A stretch of DNA of 64,000 nucleotides from Eledone cirrhosa (taxonomy: Eukaryota). The position numbers were made by a program, and so were the translations under genes. Every line of letters begins with the position of its first letter. The first letter of the stretch is position 1. The notes under the pieces are model-generated. The model made no database searches and had not been told where the DNA came from. It saw only the letters and a list, made by a program, of their open reading frames with translations. The stretch spans positions 324,260,001 to 324,324,000 of the forward strand of contig OZ024740.1 in assembly GCA_964016885.1 (NCBI GenBank), written 5' to 3'. Of this stretch, positions 26,773-41,200 are shown one piece after another.

Positions 26773-27195
26773 AATTGTTTCTACTTTTGGCACAAGGCCA
26801 GCAATTATCCGTGTGTATTACTGGTACTTTATTTTATCGACCCCGTAAGGATGAAAGGCAAAGTTAACCTCGGCGGGATTTGAACTCAGACCATAAAGGG
26901 CCGTAACTCTTTGTTGCAAAGCATGGCGTCCGACCCTCTACCGATACTGCCTAAGTTCAACATGACATTATATATATATATATATTATATATTATATATA
27001 TATATATATAATTGTTTCTACTTTTGGCACAAGGCCAGCAATTATCCAGTGCATTACTGGTACTTTATTTTATCGACCCCGTAAGGATGAAAGGCAAAGT
27101 CAACCTCGGCGGGATTTGAACTCAGATCGTAAAGGGACGTAACTATGCTGGAAAGCATGGCGTCCGACCCTCTACCGATACTGCCAATCCACCGA
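26773..27195 (-). mobile_element. Two SINE family 1 copies in (TA)n; a degenerate third follows to ~27440
   Basis: Consensus match. Confidence 0.85.
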
Positions 27196-27974
27196 TATAT
27201 ATAATGTCATGTTGATCTTAGCGATTGTTTCTAATTAAACTGTAGAATTTACTGGAGTCAGGTAGTTATGGTTATAATTAATTCTAATTTAATCACTAGG
27301 CCAGCAATTTGGTGAGAAGGAAAACCTGGATTAAACCGACCCCGAATGAATGAAAAAACTAAGTTAAACTCGATAGGAATTTAAATCTGAACGTAAAACG
27401 ACTGTAACTTAACGACGTTCAACTGATTCTACCGTCGTTTGTTTCCAAATAATTCCAATATATATTATTAGATATCAAAGTGGAGATAATTAGTTTAAAA
27501 ATATAACAATTTGATTGAAATGTTTTGTATTATAATATAATTATCATTGAGGAGAATTTTATGTAAAATTTCACACATGATGAACAATGGACGTTTTAGA
27601 AATTGTAATGTCTTTTAATAGTGGTTGTGTGAGTGTGTGTGTGTGTGCCTGTAGGTGTCTGTGTATCTGTTAGAATAGTTTGTCTGTGTGAATCTGTCTA
27701 TATCTTTCCATCCCCTATCTTACTCTCCTCTCTTTCTCTCTCCACTTGCGCTCTCTCTCTCTCTCTCTCTCTCTAGCTTCCTCTCTCTCGATATGTATGG
27801 ATAAATATGTGTCTCTGCGTGTAACATTTTCAATAAACGCGATTGCCTCACCCCCGCCCCACTCATGCACGCATATATATATATATATATATAAAATATA
27901 TATATATAAAATATATATATATAAAATATATTTATACATATATATATTTATACATATATATATATTTATACATA

Positions 27975-28029
<55 letters not shown>

Positions 28030-28070
28030 CCAAAATTTAATTAAAATATATATATATAATATATATATAT

Positions 28071-29592
28071 AGAATAAGGAAAAGCGAAGTAGTTTCAGAT
28101 GTTCAAGTCTTTTAATAATAATTGTTTCTACTTTAGGTACAAGGCCAGCAATTACCCAGTGCATTACTGAATAATAATGCTGGGATATTATTTCAATGGC
28201 GACAGTGGCCACACTGTTCTGTGCGCCAGTGTCGCGACATCGTCAGACAGCTGGTTACATAATAAGGTTATATTTCCGAGGCAATCCAAATTGAATCGAC
28301 CAAATCGCATTTGAACAGAAGCCCCCTCAATTCAATCTATACATGGACAAATTGACAATCATATGGATCATTTTGCATATATGTACTCTATGTGTTTTTG
28401 CATTTATGCAATCATTGGTTCTTTTCTTTTGTGTACTTTATATCTGTTTTTTTTTTTTGGGGGGGGGGGGGGGGTCCATGTGATGGAAATTATGACTATG
28501 TACCCGATTAACTACTGCCTTGAATACTGTAGTTTACCCCCCGATCTACTGTACGGTACCATCGTTCAGTATGTGGATAGTGTAACTGTAACATTAGTAC
28601 CCCTTTCAGAACTTCTTACTTAAACATCTCTCTGCATATTATTTACTCACTTCAATCTATATTTTTTTACTCACCTCAATCCGGATTCTCACTTGAAACA
28701 TTTTTTAATTTCTAATTGTTAATTTTTTAATTTCTATTTTCTGATATTTGATTTAGGATTTTTGATTTTAAATTTTAATTTTTAGTTCTAATTTCCAACT
28801 CTCACTCATAATTTCCAATATGAAACCATGATACCTAGAATTAAATATATTTTCTCTTAGGGGTTGATGGTCAGTTGTACTGTCCATGCTTGGTGAGAGG
28901 TGGTATGGTATTGAGATCTGTAAAAACTAACACTCTCCCATCCCCTCTGGCTTTCGGCTGACTGCCACAGACGGGATGGGTAGCAGTAAACTATGGTATA
29001 GGCCTGAATGGGTCATTGTTTGGCTGAGAGGGGGAACTAACTAAGCGAATTTCGTTGAAATCTGCGGTAGCTAATGGTCAACTTCCTCCGGACCTGCGCC
29101 TGCGCAGACCGGTGGGGTGAATTGGTACTCACAGGGGAACGGACGAAGAACCCAAAAGCACACACTTCGTCCATTCCCATGTCGATTCAATTTGGATTGC
29201 CTCGGAAACATAACCTTATTATGTAACAAGATGTCTGTCGATGTCGCGACACTGGCGCACAGAACAGTGTGGCCACTGTCGCCATTGAAATATATATCAC
29301 AGCATTATTATTGGCAGTATCGGTAGAGGGTTTGACGCCATGCTTTCCAGCATAGTTACGTCCCTTTACTATCTGAGTTCAAATCCCGCCGAGGTTGACT
29401 TTGCCTTTCATCCTTACGGGGTCGATAAAATAAAGTACCAGTAATGCACTGGGTATTTGCTGGCCTTGAGCCTAAAGTAGAAACAATTATTATTAAAAGA
29501 CTTGAACATCTGAAACTACTTCACTTTTCCTTATTCAATATTTACTCCGTCACTCCTATGTGGAATAAGTACGTTGAGTGCTTGAATTGAAT
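28071..29592. mobile_element. Fold-back HHR element (~1.5 kb) with SINE sequence in both arms
   Basis: Inverted arms 28071-28309 / 29181-29537; HHR 28179-28251 (-, CTGACGA core) and 29230-29303 (+); TA-flanked. Confidence 0.85.
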
Positions 29593-29612
29593 TGCATCAA
29601 TATTTACCCTAA

Positions 29613-29681
<69 letters not shown>

Positions 29682-29763
29682 GCACATAGATATATAGATA
29701 TATTTGTATATATATATAAATATATATGCACATATATATATCTATACATACATATATATATAT

Positions 29764-29822
<59 letters not shown>

Positions 29823-29835
29823 TATATATATATAA

Positions 29836-29866
<31 letters not shown>

Positions 29867-29903
29867 AATATATATATATATACATATATATATATATGCA
29901 TAC

Positions 29904-29972
<69 letters not shown>

Positions 29973-29999
29973 CATACATATATTATATATATACATACA

Positions 30000-30039
<40 letters not shown>

Positions 30040-30143
30040 CATACATATTTATATATATATATATATACATACATATTTATATATATATACATACATACAT
30101 ATATATATATATACATATACATATATATATATACATACATATT

Positions 30144-30183
<40 letters not shown>

Positions 30184-30255
30184 CATATATATATACATAC
30201 ATATTATATATATATATATACATACATACATATATATATTTATACATATATATAT

Positions 30256-30328
<73 letters not shown>

Positions 30329-30355
30329 CACATATATATATATACATATATATAT

Positions 30356-30386
<31 letters not shown>

Positions 30387-30456
30387 CATATAAATATATA
30401 TATATATATATATACGGTACATCTGGTTCTTTACCACACCTCCTTTGTTATATATG

Positions 30457-30528
<72 letters not shown>

Positions 30529-30530
30529 CA
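29593..30530. repeat. Long degenerate (TA)n/(TACA)n microsatellite
   Basis: Direct reading; similar tracts at 56695-57345 and 58556-59130. Confidence 0.95.
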
Positions 30531-30548
30531 TACATTACATACATGAAC

Positions 30549-30890
30549 CTAGGCTTCACAGGAACAGAAAGAACACAACTAGTTAGGAAATTACAAGTAC
30601 AATCCATTAATGGAACAGTAAAAATATGTAAAACATTCCAAAAATGTTGCATCTAATAACTGCATATACACATGTACAGATACAAAGCATATACATATGC
30701 ACACATACAGCTCAAAACATCCACATCCACACATACAATAACATCCATATCTACACATTCATGCATGCAGACATACATACATATCTACCTAGTTGATGTG
30801 TAAATTCCAATGAGAGAGTCTTGTGTCTATGTTAGAAACCGACCCTCTCTCTATTGGTAAAAATTTGTGAAATTATAAAACCAGAAGAAT
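30549..30890 (+). mobile_element. Possible 3' end of a restriction-like-endonuclease non-LTR retrotransposon
   Basis: [35 protein letters not shown] resembles R4/NeSL-type C-termini, followed by a UTR-like tail; similar ILKIVLLGASYILREYL remnant at ~33342-33395. Confidence 0.4.
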
Positions 30891-31265
30891 ATACATGTAT
30901 ATATATATATTTAATACATTAACAGAGAAAGCTTTAAGCAATACTCCGACCGGCTTTCGTCTCACTCAACAAACATTAGGATATACCTTAGTATAATCCC
31001 AATTATACGTTTGGGGTGCTAACTATACGTATTTTGCGGATAGCCAGTTGTATTATTTTATATAAGACATAATTAAAATACATCCCTCTCTCTCTCTCTA
31101 TATATATACGCACACATATGTATGCATTTTTCTTTCAATGTACATGTATGTATATGTGGATGTACAGTTTTTTTCTGGCTGTCTCTTTCTCTCTTTATGA
31201 ATATACGTGTGTGAATATATATATAAATATACATACATATATATATATCGGAAATGTATACACAA

Positions 31266-31309
<44 letters not shown>

Positions 31310-31769
31310 GTATGTGTGTGTATGTGTGTGTGTGCGTGTGTGCGTGTGTGTGTGTGTGTTTGCATCTCTAATCTCTCCCTCTAACTCCCTCTGTGAATTT
31401 GCGTTTAAATTTTATATTCAATTTAATTTTTTAATTAAAGTTCTTTCATGCTAATGTTTCAAGTGCTTACAAATTTACCTCCATTTAAGTCCATCTTCAA
31501 AAATCATGCTGCTCCTTATTATAATCAATCAGCAGAAGCCTCCACTGTTTTCAAACAGCTCTACCCACTTCGCCTCTCTTTCATCTACACACGCTGCAAA
31601 GCTCAGCAGGAATCCCTTCTTAGCGGATATTATATTTTATATCTTTTTCGCTATGTATATATTTATTTATATATTTATTTGTTTATTGACCTTAGTATTC
31701 CTTAAACGATTCAGGCAGTTATTTATTCAAATGACTGTCTTCACACTAACTACTTATAGCAGATACTAT

Positions 31770-31873
31770 TGTTGTTGCTGCTGTCGTCGTGGTGGCTGTT
31801 GCTGTTGCTATTGGTATTGTTGTTGTTCTTCTTCTCTTTCTTTATTTCCTTTTCTTATTCTTCTATTTCTTTT

Positions 31874-31934
<61 letters not shown>

Positions 31935-32865
31935 TTCTTCTTCTTCTTCTTCTTCTTCTTCTTCTTCTTCTTCTTCTTTGTTATTGCTGTTGATGTTGTT
32001 GTTGTAGCTTTTGTTAATGCTGCTTATAGTTGATGCAGTTATCATTTTGACACCATCAACCATCATCATCATCATCGTCTACGTTATAATCAACATCACC
32101 ATGATCGTCGTCATCATCATTGATGTGATTATGTATCCCATCACCACTGCCACCCCCACCAACTACTCAAACACTAGCCACCAACCACCACTCCACTACT
32201 AACATCATCATCACCACCACCAACAATATCACAAACACCAACCACCACTATTAACATCACCACCACCACCACCTCTAACGTCATCACCATCAATAACAAC
32301 AAACAGCAAAAACAACAACCAATCAACACACCACCAACAACAACGAATTAACCCCTCACCACCACTAACACCCGCCACCATCAACACCAGCACCAACCGA
32401 TCAACCCCTCTCATCACCATTAACATCTCCACTACCACCAGCACCACTAACATCATCACCATCAATAACAACAACAGCAAAAACACCAGTCAAATAAACA
32501 CTACCACCATCCACTACCACCACCACCAACCAATCAACCCACCACCACCACCACCAACCAATCAACCCACCACCACCACCAACAACCAACCACCACCACC
32601 ACCACCACCACCACCAACACCACCACCACCACCACCACCAACCAACCACCACCACCACCACCACCACCACCAACCAATCAACCCACCACCACCAACCAAC
32701 CAACCACCACCACCAACCAACCACCACCACCACCACCACCACCACCACCAACAACCAATCAACCCACCACCACCAACCAACCAACCACCACCACCACCAC
32801 CACCACCACCACCACCAACCAATCAACCCACCACCACCAACCCACCACCACCACCACCACTAACT
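31770..32865. repeat. Mixed simple repeats (CTTT)n, (CTT)n, (CAT)n, (ACC)n/(ACCA)n
   Basis: Direct reading. Confidence 0.9.
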
Positions 32866-33148
32866 AGCCTATCATGTCATCGCGGCAAATCTATGAGGAC
32901 CAAGAACGCCGACTTTAACTAACAGGAAATGAAGAGGTGTCGGCCATTCACTCATGCAAAAGTGTTTAACGCACAACAATACCAACATCTTTATATAGTG
33001 GGTTGTCTCCCCCTTGTCTGCCATACTCTCCCCCTCCTTCCTTCTCTTTCTTTCCCTCCCTCTTTACCACTATATTTCTACTCCCAACAATTTTGTCTTG
33101 CTTCGGCCCTATTCATGGCGATGTTCATGATAATAACGATGATGATAA

Positions 33149-33849
33149 GAATTGTTTCTACTTTTGGCACAAGGCCAGCAATACCCCAGTGTATTACTGG
33201 TGTTTTATTTTTTCGACCCCGTAAGGATGAAAGGCAAAGTTAACCTCGGTGGGATTTGAACTGAGTCCGTAAAGGGACGAAACTGTGCTGCAAAGCATGG
33301 CATCCTACCCTCTACCGATACTGCCAATTCACCGCCCTATCATACTGAAAATAGTGCTACTAGGCGCTTCATACATATTACGAGAATACTTATAATAGGG
33401 TGGAAACAAAAACGTAATACTTCACATATCCAAGCGACACAGAGCTGCGTCTGATCATATAATTGTTTCTACTTTTGACACAAGGCCAGCAATTACTCAG
33501 TACATTACTGGTACTTCATTTTATCGAGCCCGTAAGGATGTAAGGCAAAGTTAACCTCGACGGGATTTGAACTCAGATCATAAAGAGCCGTAAATCTATG
33601 CTGGAAAGCATGGCGCCCGACCTTCTACCGATACTGCCAACCCACCGATGATAATAATATTTAATAATTGTTTCTACTTTAGGCACAAGGCCAGCAATTA
33701 CCTTGTACATTACTGGTACTTTATTTTATCGACCCCGTAAGGATGAAAGGCAAAGTTAACCTCGGCGGGATTTGAACTCAGACTGTAAAGGGACGTAACT
33801 ATGCTAGAAAACATGGCGTCCAACCCTCTACCGATACTGCCAATTCACC
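33149..33849 (-). mobile_element. Three co-oriented full-length SINE family 1 copies
   Basis: 33149-33337, 33461-33647, 33663-33849. Confidence 0.9.
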
Positions 33850-33909
33850 ATAATAATACTCACGTAAAAGTGGTTAGAACACAACAATATCAACTTCATT
33901 ATCATGCTC

Positions 33910-34067
<158 letters not shown>

Positions 34068-34277
34068 ACATCCATACACACACATATATAGGTATTAAAA
34101 CTGTCAGACGAGTCTACATATTAAAACATATCTGAGGAGCTTCCGATCCCAGAGTCAGGTTCAATCATTAATAAATCTTTCCTTAAGCTGATCGAAAGTG
34201 AAAGATATGTAATATGTAATTATATATGTATATAATGCAACACTGATTCTTTGTCTCTTATATATTAATATTACATA

Positions 34278-34460
34278 GGGCGGTGAATTGGCAGTATCGG
34301 TAGAGGGTTGGACGCCATGTTTTCTAGCGTAGTTACATCTCTTTACGGTCTGAGTTCAAATCCTGTCGAGGTTATATTTGCCTTTCATCCTTATGGGGTC
34401 GATAAATAAAGTATCAGTAATGTACTGGGTAATTGTTGGCCTTGTGCCAAAAGTAGAAAC

Positions 34461-34498
<38 letters not shown>

Positions 34499-34905
34499 AC
34501 TGCGGTGTTGAAACGACTAATCATGAGAGTACTCGATGCATCAGGAGATGCAGAGTTGGTATAGAGATATGTAAAATTCTGCGCGCAAAATCCCAAGCGC
34601 GGCACCAGGCGTTTCGGCTTGTGTTCAGCAATACGCACGCACACCAAAGATTTTAGGCTTGCAGTGGCCATATTCATGTCGATGATAATAGGAACAACAA
34701 TAATGATAATAATGGTTTCTGATTTAGACACAGGAAAGTCGTTTAAATCGACTCTAGTGCATTACTGGTATTTTATTTTAACGGCCTAGGAAAGAGGAAG
34801 GGTAAAGCTAACCTCAGCGGGATTTGAACTCAGAACGTAAAGGGCCGCAACTCAATGCCACAAGGCATGTTGTCTGCCAGTGTACCGGTACTGCCAATCC
34901 ACCGC
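34278..34905. mobile_element. SINE family 1 copies (34278-34465 +; 34710-34905 -)
   Basis: GGCGGTGAATTGGCAGTATCGGTAG A-box head and GAGTTCAAATCC B-box. Confidence 0.85.
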
Positions 34906-35289
34906 TCAATAATGATAATGATGATAGTAATAATGATGTGGATGATGATGATGATAACGATAATATTAATGATAAATATATTCTTAACATTAAGAATAAT
35001 GATACGTATAGCTTATTAGATCTTTAGTGATTTATATAATGTTGTCTGGTGAGGCGATGGTGGTGGTGGTGGTGGTGGTGGTTCTTGTGTTGATGTGTGT
35101 GTAGGGAGGGGGTGGGGATGACACTGCATGTGTGGTTTTCATGATGGTGGTAGTGTTGTTGTTGTGGTGGTTTGTGTGATGATAGTTGTGGTTGTGCTAT
35201 TGTTGTTTTTGTGGTTTTGGTAGCTGTATGTGTTGTGAGTGTGTGAGATTTTCGTTATGGTGGTGCGTGTGTGGTTTTGCTGATGGTGG

Positions 35290-38200
35290 TATCTTGTTGT
35301 TGGTGGTGATGATGGGGCTAGGGTTGTTGTTGGTGGTGATGATGGGGCTAGGTTTGTTGTTGGTGGTGATGGGGTTAGGTTTGTTGGTGGTGGTGATGGG
35401 TCTAGGGTTGTTGTTGGTGGTGATGATGGGGCTAGGTTTGTTGGTGGTGGTGATGGGTCTAGTATTGTTGTTGGTGGTGGTGATGGGGTTAGGGTTGTTG
35501 GTGGTGGTGATGGGGTTAGGTTTGTTGGTGGTGGTGATGGGTCTAGGTTGTTGTTGGTGATGATGATGGGTCTAGGGTTGTTGTTGGTGGTGATGGGGTT
35601 AGGTTTGTTGGTGGTGGTGATGGGTCTAGAGTTGTTGTTGGTGGTGATGATGGGGCTAGGTTTGTTGGTGGTGGTGATGGGTCTAGGATTGTTGTTGGTG
35701 ATGATGGGTCTAGAGTTGTTGTTGGTGGTGATGATGGGGCTAGGTTTGTTGGTGGTGGTGATGGGTCTAGAGTTGTTGTTGGTGATGATGGGTCTAGAGT
35801 TGTTGTTGGTGGTGATGATGGGGCTAGGTTTGTTGGTGGTGGTGATGGGTCTAGAGTTGTTGTTGGTGATGATGGGTCTAGAGTTGTTGTTGGTGGTGAT
35901 GATGGGGCTAGAGTTGTTGTTGGTGGTGATCGGGCTAGGTTTGTTGGTGGTGGTGATGGGGCTAGGATTGTTGTTGGTGATGATGGGTCTAGAGTTGTTG
36001 TTGGTGGTGATGATGGGGCTAGGTTTGTTGGTGGTGGTGATGGGTCTAGAGTTGTTGTTGGTGATGATGGGTCTAGAGTTGTTGTTGGTGGTGATGATGG
36101 GGCTAGGTTTGTTGGTGGTGGTGATGGGTCTAGAGTTGTTGTTGGTGATGATGGGTCTAGAGTTGTTGTTGGTGGTGATGATGGGGCTAGAGTTGTTGTT
36201 GGTGGTGATGGGGCTAGGTTTGTTGGTGGTGGTGATGGGGCTAGGATTGTTGTTGGTGATGATGGGTCTAGAGTTGTTGTTGGTGGTGATGATGGGGCTA
36301 GGTTTGTTGGTGGTGGTGATGGGGCTAGGATTGTTGTTGGTGATGATGGGTCTAGAGTTGTTGTTGGTGGTGATGATGGGGCTAGAGTTGTTGTTGGTGG
36401 TGATGGGGCTAGGTTTGTTGGTGGTGGTGATGGGTCTAGGATTGTTGTTGGTGATGATGGGTCTAGGGTTGTTGTTGGTGGTGATGGGGTTAGGTTTGTT
36501 GGTGGTGATGATGGGTCTAGGGTTGTTGTTGGTGATGGTGATGGGGTTAGGTTTGTTGGTGGTGGTGATGGGGTTAGGTTTGTTGGTGGTGGTGATGGGG
36601 TTAGGGTTGTTGGTGGTGATGATGGGGCTAGGTTTGTTGGTGGTGGTGATGGGTCTAGAGTTGTTGTTGGTGATGGTGATGGGGTTAGGTTTGTTGGTGG
36701 TGGTGATGGGGTTAGGTTTGTTGGTGGTGGTGATGGGGTTAGGGTTGTTGGTGGTGATGATGGGGCTAGGTTTGTTGGTGGTGGTGATGGGTCTAGAGTT
36801 GTTGTTGGTGATGGTGATGGGGTTAGGTTTGTTGGTGGTGGTGATGGGGTTAGGTTTGTTGGTGGTGGTGATGGGGTTAGGGTTGTTGGTGGTGATGATG
36901 GGGCTAGGTTTGTTGGTGGTGGTGATGGGGTTAGGTTTGTTGGTGGTGTGATGGGGTTAGGTTTGTTGGTGGTGGTGATGGGTCTAGAGTTGTTGTTGGT
37001 GGTGATGATGGGGCTAGGTTTGTTGTTGGTGGTGATGGGGTTAGGTTTGTTGGTGGTGGTGATGGGGTTAGGTTTGTTGGTGGTGATGATGGGGTTAGGT
37101 TTGTTGTTGGTGGTGATGGGGCTAGGTTTGTTGGTGGTGGTGATGGGGTTAGGTTTGTTGTTGGTGGTGATGGGGTTAGGTTTGTTGGTGGTGATGATGG
37201 GGCTAGGTTTGTTGTTGGTGGTGATGGGGTTAGGTTTGTTGGTGGTGATGATGGGGCTAGGTTTGTTGTTGGTGGTGATGGGGCTAGGTTTGTTGGTGGT
37301 GGTGATGGGGTTAGGTTTGTTGGTGGTGATGATGGGGCTAGGTTTGTTGTTGGTGGTGATGGGGCTAGGTTTGTTGGTGGTGGTGATGGGGTTAGGTTTG
37401 TTGGTGGTGGTGATGGGGTTAGGTTTGTTGGTGGTGATGGGTCTAGAGTTGTTGTTGGTGATGGTGATGGGGTTAGGTTTGTTGGTGGTGGTGATGGGGC
37501 TAGGGTTGTTGGTGGTGGTGATGGGGTTAGGTTTGTTGGTGGTGATGATGGGGTTAGGTTTGTTGTTGGTGGTGATGGGTCTAGAGTTGTTGTTGGTGGT
37601 GGTGATGGGGCTAGGTTTGTTGGTGGTGATGATGGGGCTAGGGTTGTTGGTGGTGGTGATGGGGTTAGGGTTGTTGGTGGTGGTGATGGGGCTAGGTTTG
37701 TTGGTGGTGGTGATGGGGCTAGGTTTGTTGGTGGTGGTGATGGGGTTAGGTTTGTTGGTGGTGGTGATGGGTCTAGAGTTGTTGTTGGTGATGGTGATGG
37801 GGCTAGGTTTGTTGGTGGTGGTGATGGGGTTAGGTTTGTTGGTGGTGGTGATGGGGCTAGGTTTGTTGGTGGTGGTGATGGGGTTAGGTTTGTTGGTGGT
37901 GGTGATGGGGCTAGGTTTGTTGGTGGTGGTGATGGGGTTAGGTTTGTTGGTGGTGGTGATGGGTCTAGAGTTGTTGTTGGTGATGGTGATGGGGCTAGGT
38001 TTGTTGGTGGTGGTGATGGGGTTAGGTTTGTTGGTGGTGGTGATGGGTCTAGAGTTGTTGTTGGTGGTGATGATGGGGCTAGGTTTGTTGGTGGTGGTGA
38101 TGGGGTTAGGTTTGTTGTTGGTGGTGATGGGGTTAGGTTTGTTGGTGATGGTGATGGGGTTAGGTTTGTTGGTGGTGGTGATGGGGCTAGGTTTGTTGGT

Positions 38201-41200
38201 GGTGGTGATGGGGTTAGGTTTGTTGGTGGTGGTGATGGGGTTAGGTTTGTTGGTGATGGTGATGGGGTTAGGTTTGTTGGTGATGGTGATGGGTCTAGGG
38301 TTGTTGTTGGTGATGATGATGGGGCTAGGATTGTTGGTGGTGATGATGGGGTTAGGTTTGTTGGTGGTGGTGATGGGTCTAGGGTTGTTGTTGGTGATGA
38401 TGATGGGGCTAGGATTGTTGGTGGTGATGATGGGGTTAGGGTTGTTGGTGGTGATGATGGGTCTAGGGTTGTTGTTGGTGATGATGATGGGGTTAGGTTT
38501 GTTGGTGGTGTGATGGGGTTAGGGTTGTTGGTGGTGGTGATGGGGCTAGGTTTGTTGGTGGTGGTGATGGGGCTAGGTTTGTTGGTGGTGGTGATGGGGT
38601 TAGGTTTGTTGGTGGTGGTGATGGGGCTAGGTTTGTTGGTGGTGGTGATGGGGTTAGGTTTGTTGGTGATGGTGATGGGGTTAGGTTTGTTGGTGGTGTG
38701 ATGGGGTTAGGTTTGTTGGTGGTGGTGATGGGGTTAGGTTTGTTGGTGGTGTGATGGGGTTAGGTTTGTTGGTGGTGGTGATGGGGCTAGGTTTGTTGGT
38801 GGTGGTGATGGGGTTAGGTTTGTTGGTGGTGGTGATGGGGTTAGGTTTGTTGGTGATGGTGATGGGGTTAGGTTTGTTGGTGGTGGTGATGGGGTTAGGT
38901 TTGTTGGTGGTGGTGATGGGGTTAGGTTTGTTGGTGGTGGTGATGGGGTTAGGTTTGTTGGTGATGGTGATGGGGTTAGGTTTGTTGGTGGTGTGATGGG
39001 GTTAGGTTTGTTGGTGGTGGTGATGGGGTTAGGTTTGTTGGTGGTGGTGATGGGGTTAGGTTTGTTGGTGATGGTGATGGGGTTAGGTTTGTTGGTGGTG
39101 GTGATGGGGTTAGGTTTGTTGGTGGTGGTGATGGGGTTAGGTTTGTTGGTGGTGGTGATGGGGTTAGGTTTGTTGGTGGTGGTGATGGGGTTAGGTTTGT
39201 TGGTGGTGGTGATGGGGTTAGGTTTGTTGGTGATGGTGATGGGGTTAGGTTTGTTGGTGGTGGTGATGGGGTTAGGGTTGTTGGTGGTGTGATGGGGTTA
39301 GGTTTGTTGGTGGTGGTGATGGGGTTAGGTTTGTTGGTGGTGGTGATGGGGTTAGGTTTGTTGGTGATGGTGATGGGGTTAGGTTTGTTGGTGGTGTGAT
39401 GGGGTTAGGTTTGTTGGTGGTGGTGATGGGGTTAGGTTTGTTGGTGGTGGTGATGGGGTTAGGTTTGTTGGTGATGGTGATGGGGTTAGGTTTGTTGGTG
39501 GTGGTGATGGGGTTAGGTTTGTTGGTGGTGGTGATGGGGTTAGGTTTGTTGGTGGTGGTGATGGGGTTAGGTTTGTTGGTGGTGGTGATGGGGTTAGGTT
39601 TGTTGGTGGTGGTGATGGGGTTAGGTTTGTTGGTGATGGTGATGGGGTTAGGTTTGTTGGTGGTGGTGATGGGGTTAGGGTTGTTGGTGGTGTGATGGGG
39701 TTAGGTTTGTTGGTGGTGGTGATGGGGCTAGGTTTGTTGGTGGTGGTGATGGGGTTAGGTTTGTTGGTGGTGGTGATGGGGTTAGGTTTGTTGGTGGTGG
39801 TGATGGGGTTAGGTTTGTTGGTGGGGTGATGGGGTTAGGTTTGTTGGTGGTGGTGATGGGTCTAGGTTTGTTGGTGGTGGTGATGGGGTTAGGTTTGTTG
39901 GTGGTGGTGATGGGGTTAGGTTTGTTGGTGGTGGTGATGGGGTTAGGTTTGTTGGTGGTGGTGATGGGGTTAGGTTTGTTGGTGGTGGTGATGGGGTTAG
40001 GTTTGTTGGTGGTGGTGATGGGGTTAGGTTTGTTGGTGGTGGTGATGGGGTTAGGTTTGTTGGTGGTGGTGATGGGGTTAGGTTTGTTGGTGGTGGTGAT
40101 GGGGTTAGGTTTGTTGGTGGTGGTGATGGGGTTAGGTTTGTTGGTGGTGGTGATGGGGTTAGGTTTGTTGGTGGTGGTGATGGGGTTAGGTTGTTGGTGG
40201 TGGTGTGATGGGGTTAGGTTTGTTGGTGGTGGTGATGGGGTAGGTTTGTTGGTGGTGGTGATGGGGTTAGGTTGTTGGTGTGGTGATGGGTAGGTTGGGG
40301 TGTGGTTGGTGGTGGTGTGGGGTTAGGTTGTTGGTGGTGGTGATGGGGTTAGGTTTGTTGGTGGTGGTGATGGGGTAGGTTTGTGGTGGTGGTGATGGGG
40401 TTAGGTTTGTTGGTGGTGGTGATGGGGTTTGGTTGGTGGTGGTGTGGGTTGGTTGTGGTGGTGGTGATGGGGTTAGGTTTGTTGGTGGTGGTGATGGGGT
40501 TAGGTTGTTGTTGGTGGTGGTGATGGGGTTAGGTTTGTTGGTGGTGGTGATGGGGTTAGGTTTGTTGGTGGTGGTGATGGGGTTAGGTTTGTGGTGGTGG
40601 GGTTGGTGTTGGTGGTGTGGTTGGTTGGTGGTTGGTGATGGGTTAGGTTTGTTGGTGGTGGTGGTGGGGGTAGGTTGGGTGGTGGTGGTGGGGTGGTGTG
40701 GGGTGGTGGGTGGGGTGTGGGGTGGTGGGGTTGGGGTGGTGGTGGTGATGGGGTTAGGTTTGTTGGTGGTGGTGATGGGGTTAGGTTTGTGGTGGTGGTG
40801 GGTTGGTGGGGGTGATGGGGTTAGGTTGTTGGTGGTGGTGATGGGGTTAGGTTTGTTGGTGGTGGTGATGGGGTTAGGTTTGTTGGGTGGTGATGGGGTT
40901 AGGTGTTGGTGGTGGTGTTGGGGTAGGGTGGTGGGGTGATGGGGTTAGGTTGTGGTGGTGGTGATGGGGTTAGGTTTGTTGGTGGTGGTGATGGGGTTAG
41001 GTTTGTTGGTGGTGATGGGGTTAGGTTTGTTGGTGGTGGTGATGGGGTTAGGTTTGTTGGTGGTGGTGATGGGGTTAGGTTTGTGGTGGTGGTGATGGGG
41101 TTAGGTTTGTTGGTGGTGGTGATGGGGTTGGTTGTTGGTGGTGGTGTGGGGTAGGTTTGTGGTGGTGGTGTGGGGTTAGGTTTGTTGGTGGTGGTGATGG

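Noticed and set aside
30930-30965. Minus-strand GAAA-GCCGG-TC hammerhead 3' half
   Set aside because: No upstream core and no second copy in the window; insufficient support
31465-31625. Possible second exon of the minus-strand gene
   Set aside because: All frames following the candidate acceptors hit stop codons before a donor
34278-34365. tRNA gene
   Set aside because: A/B boxes belong to the SINE head, which continues into the SINE body; no complete cloverleaf
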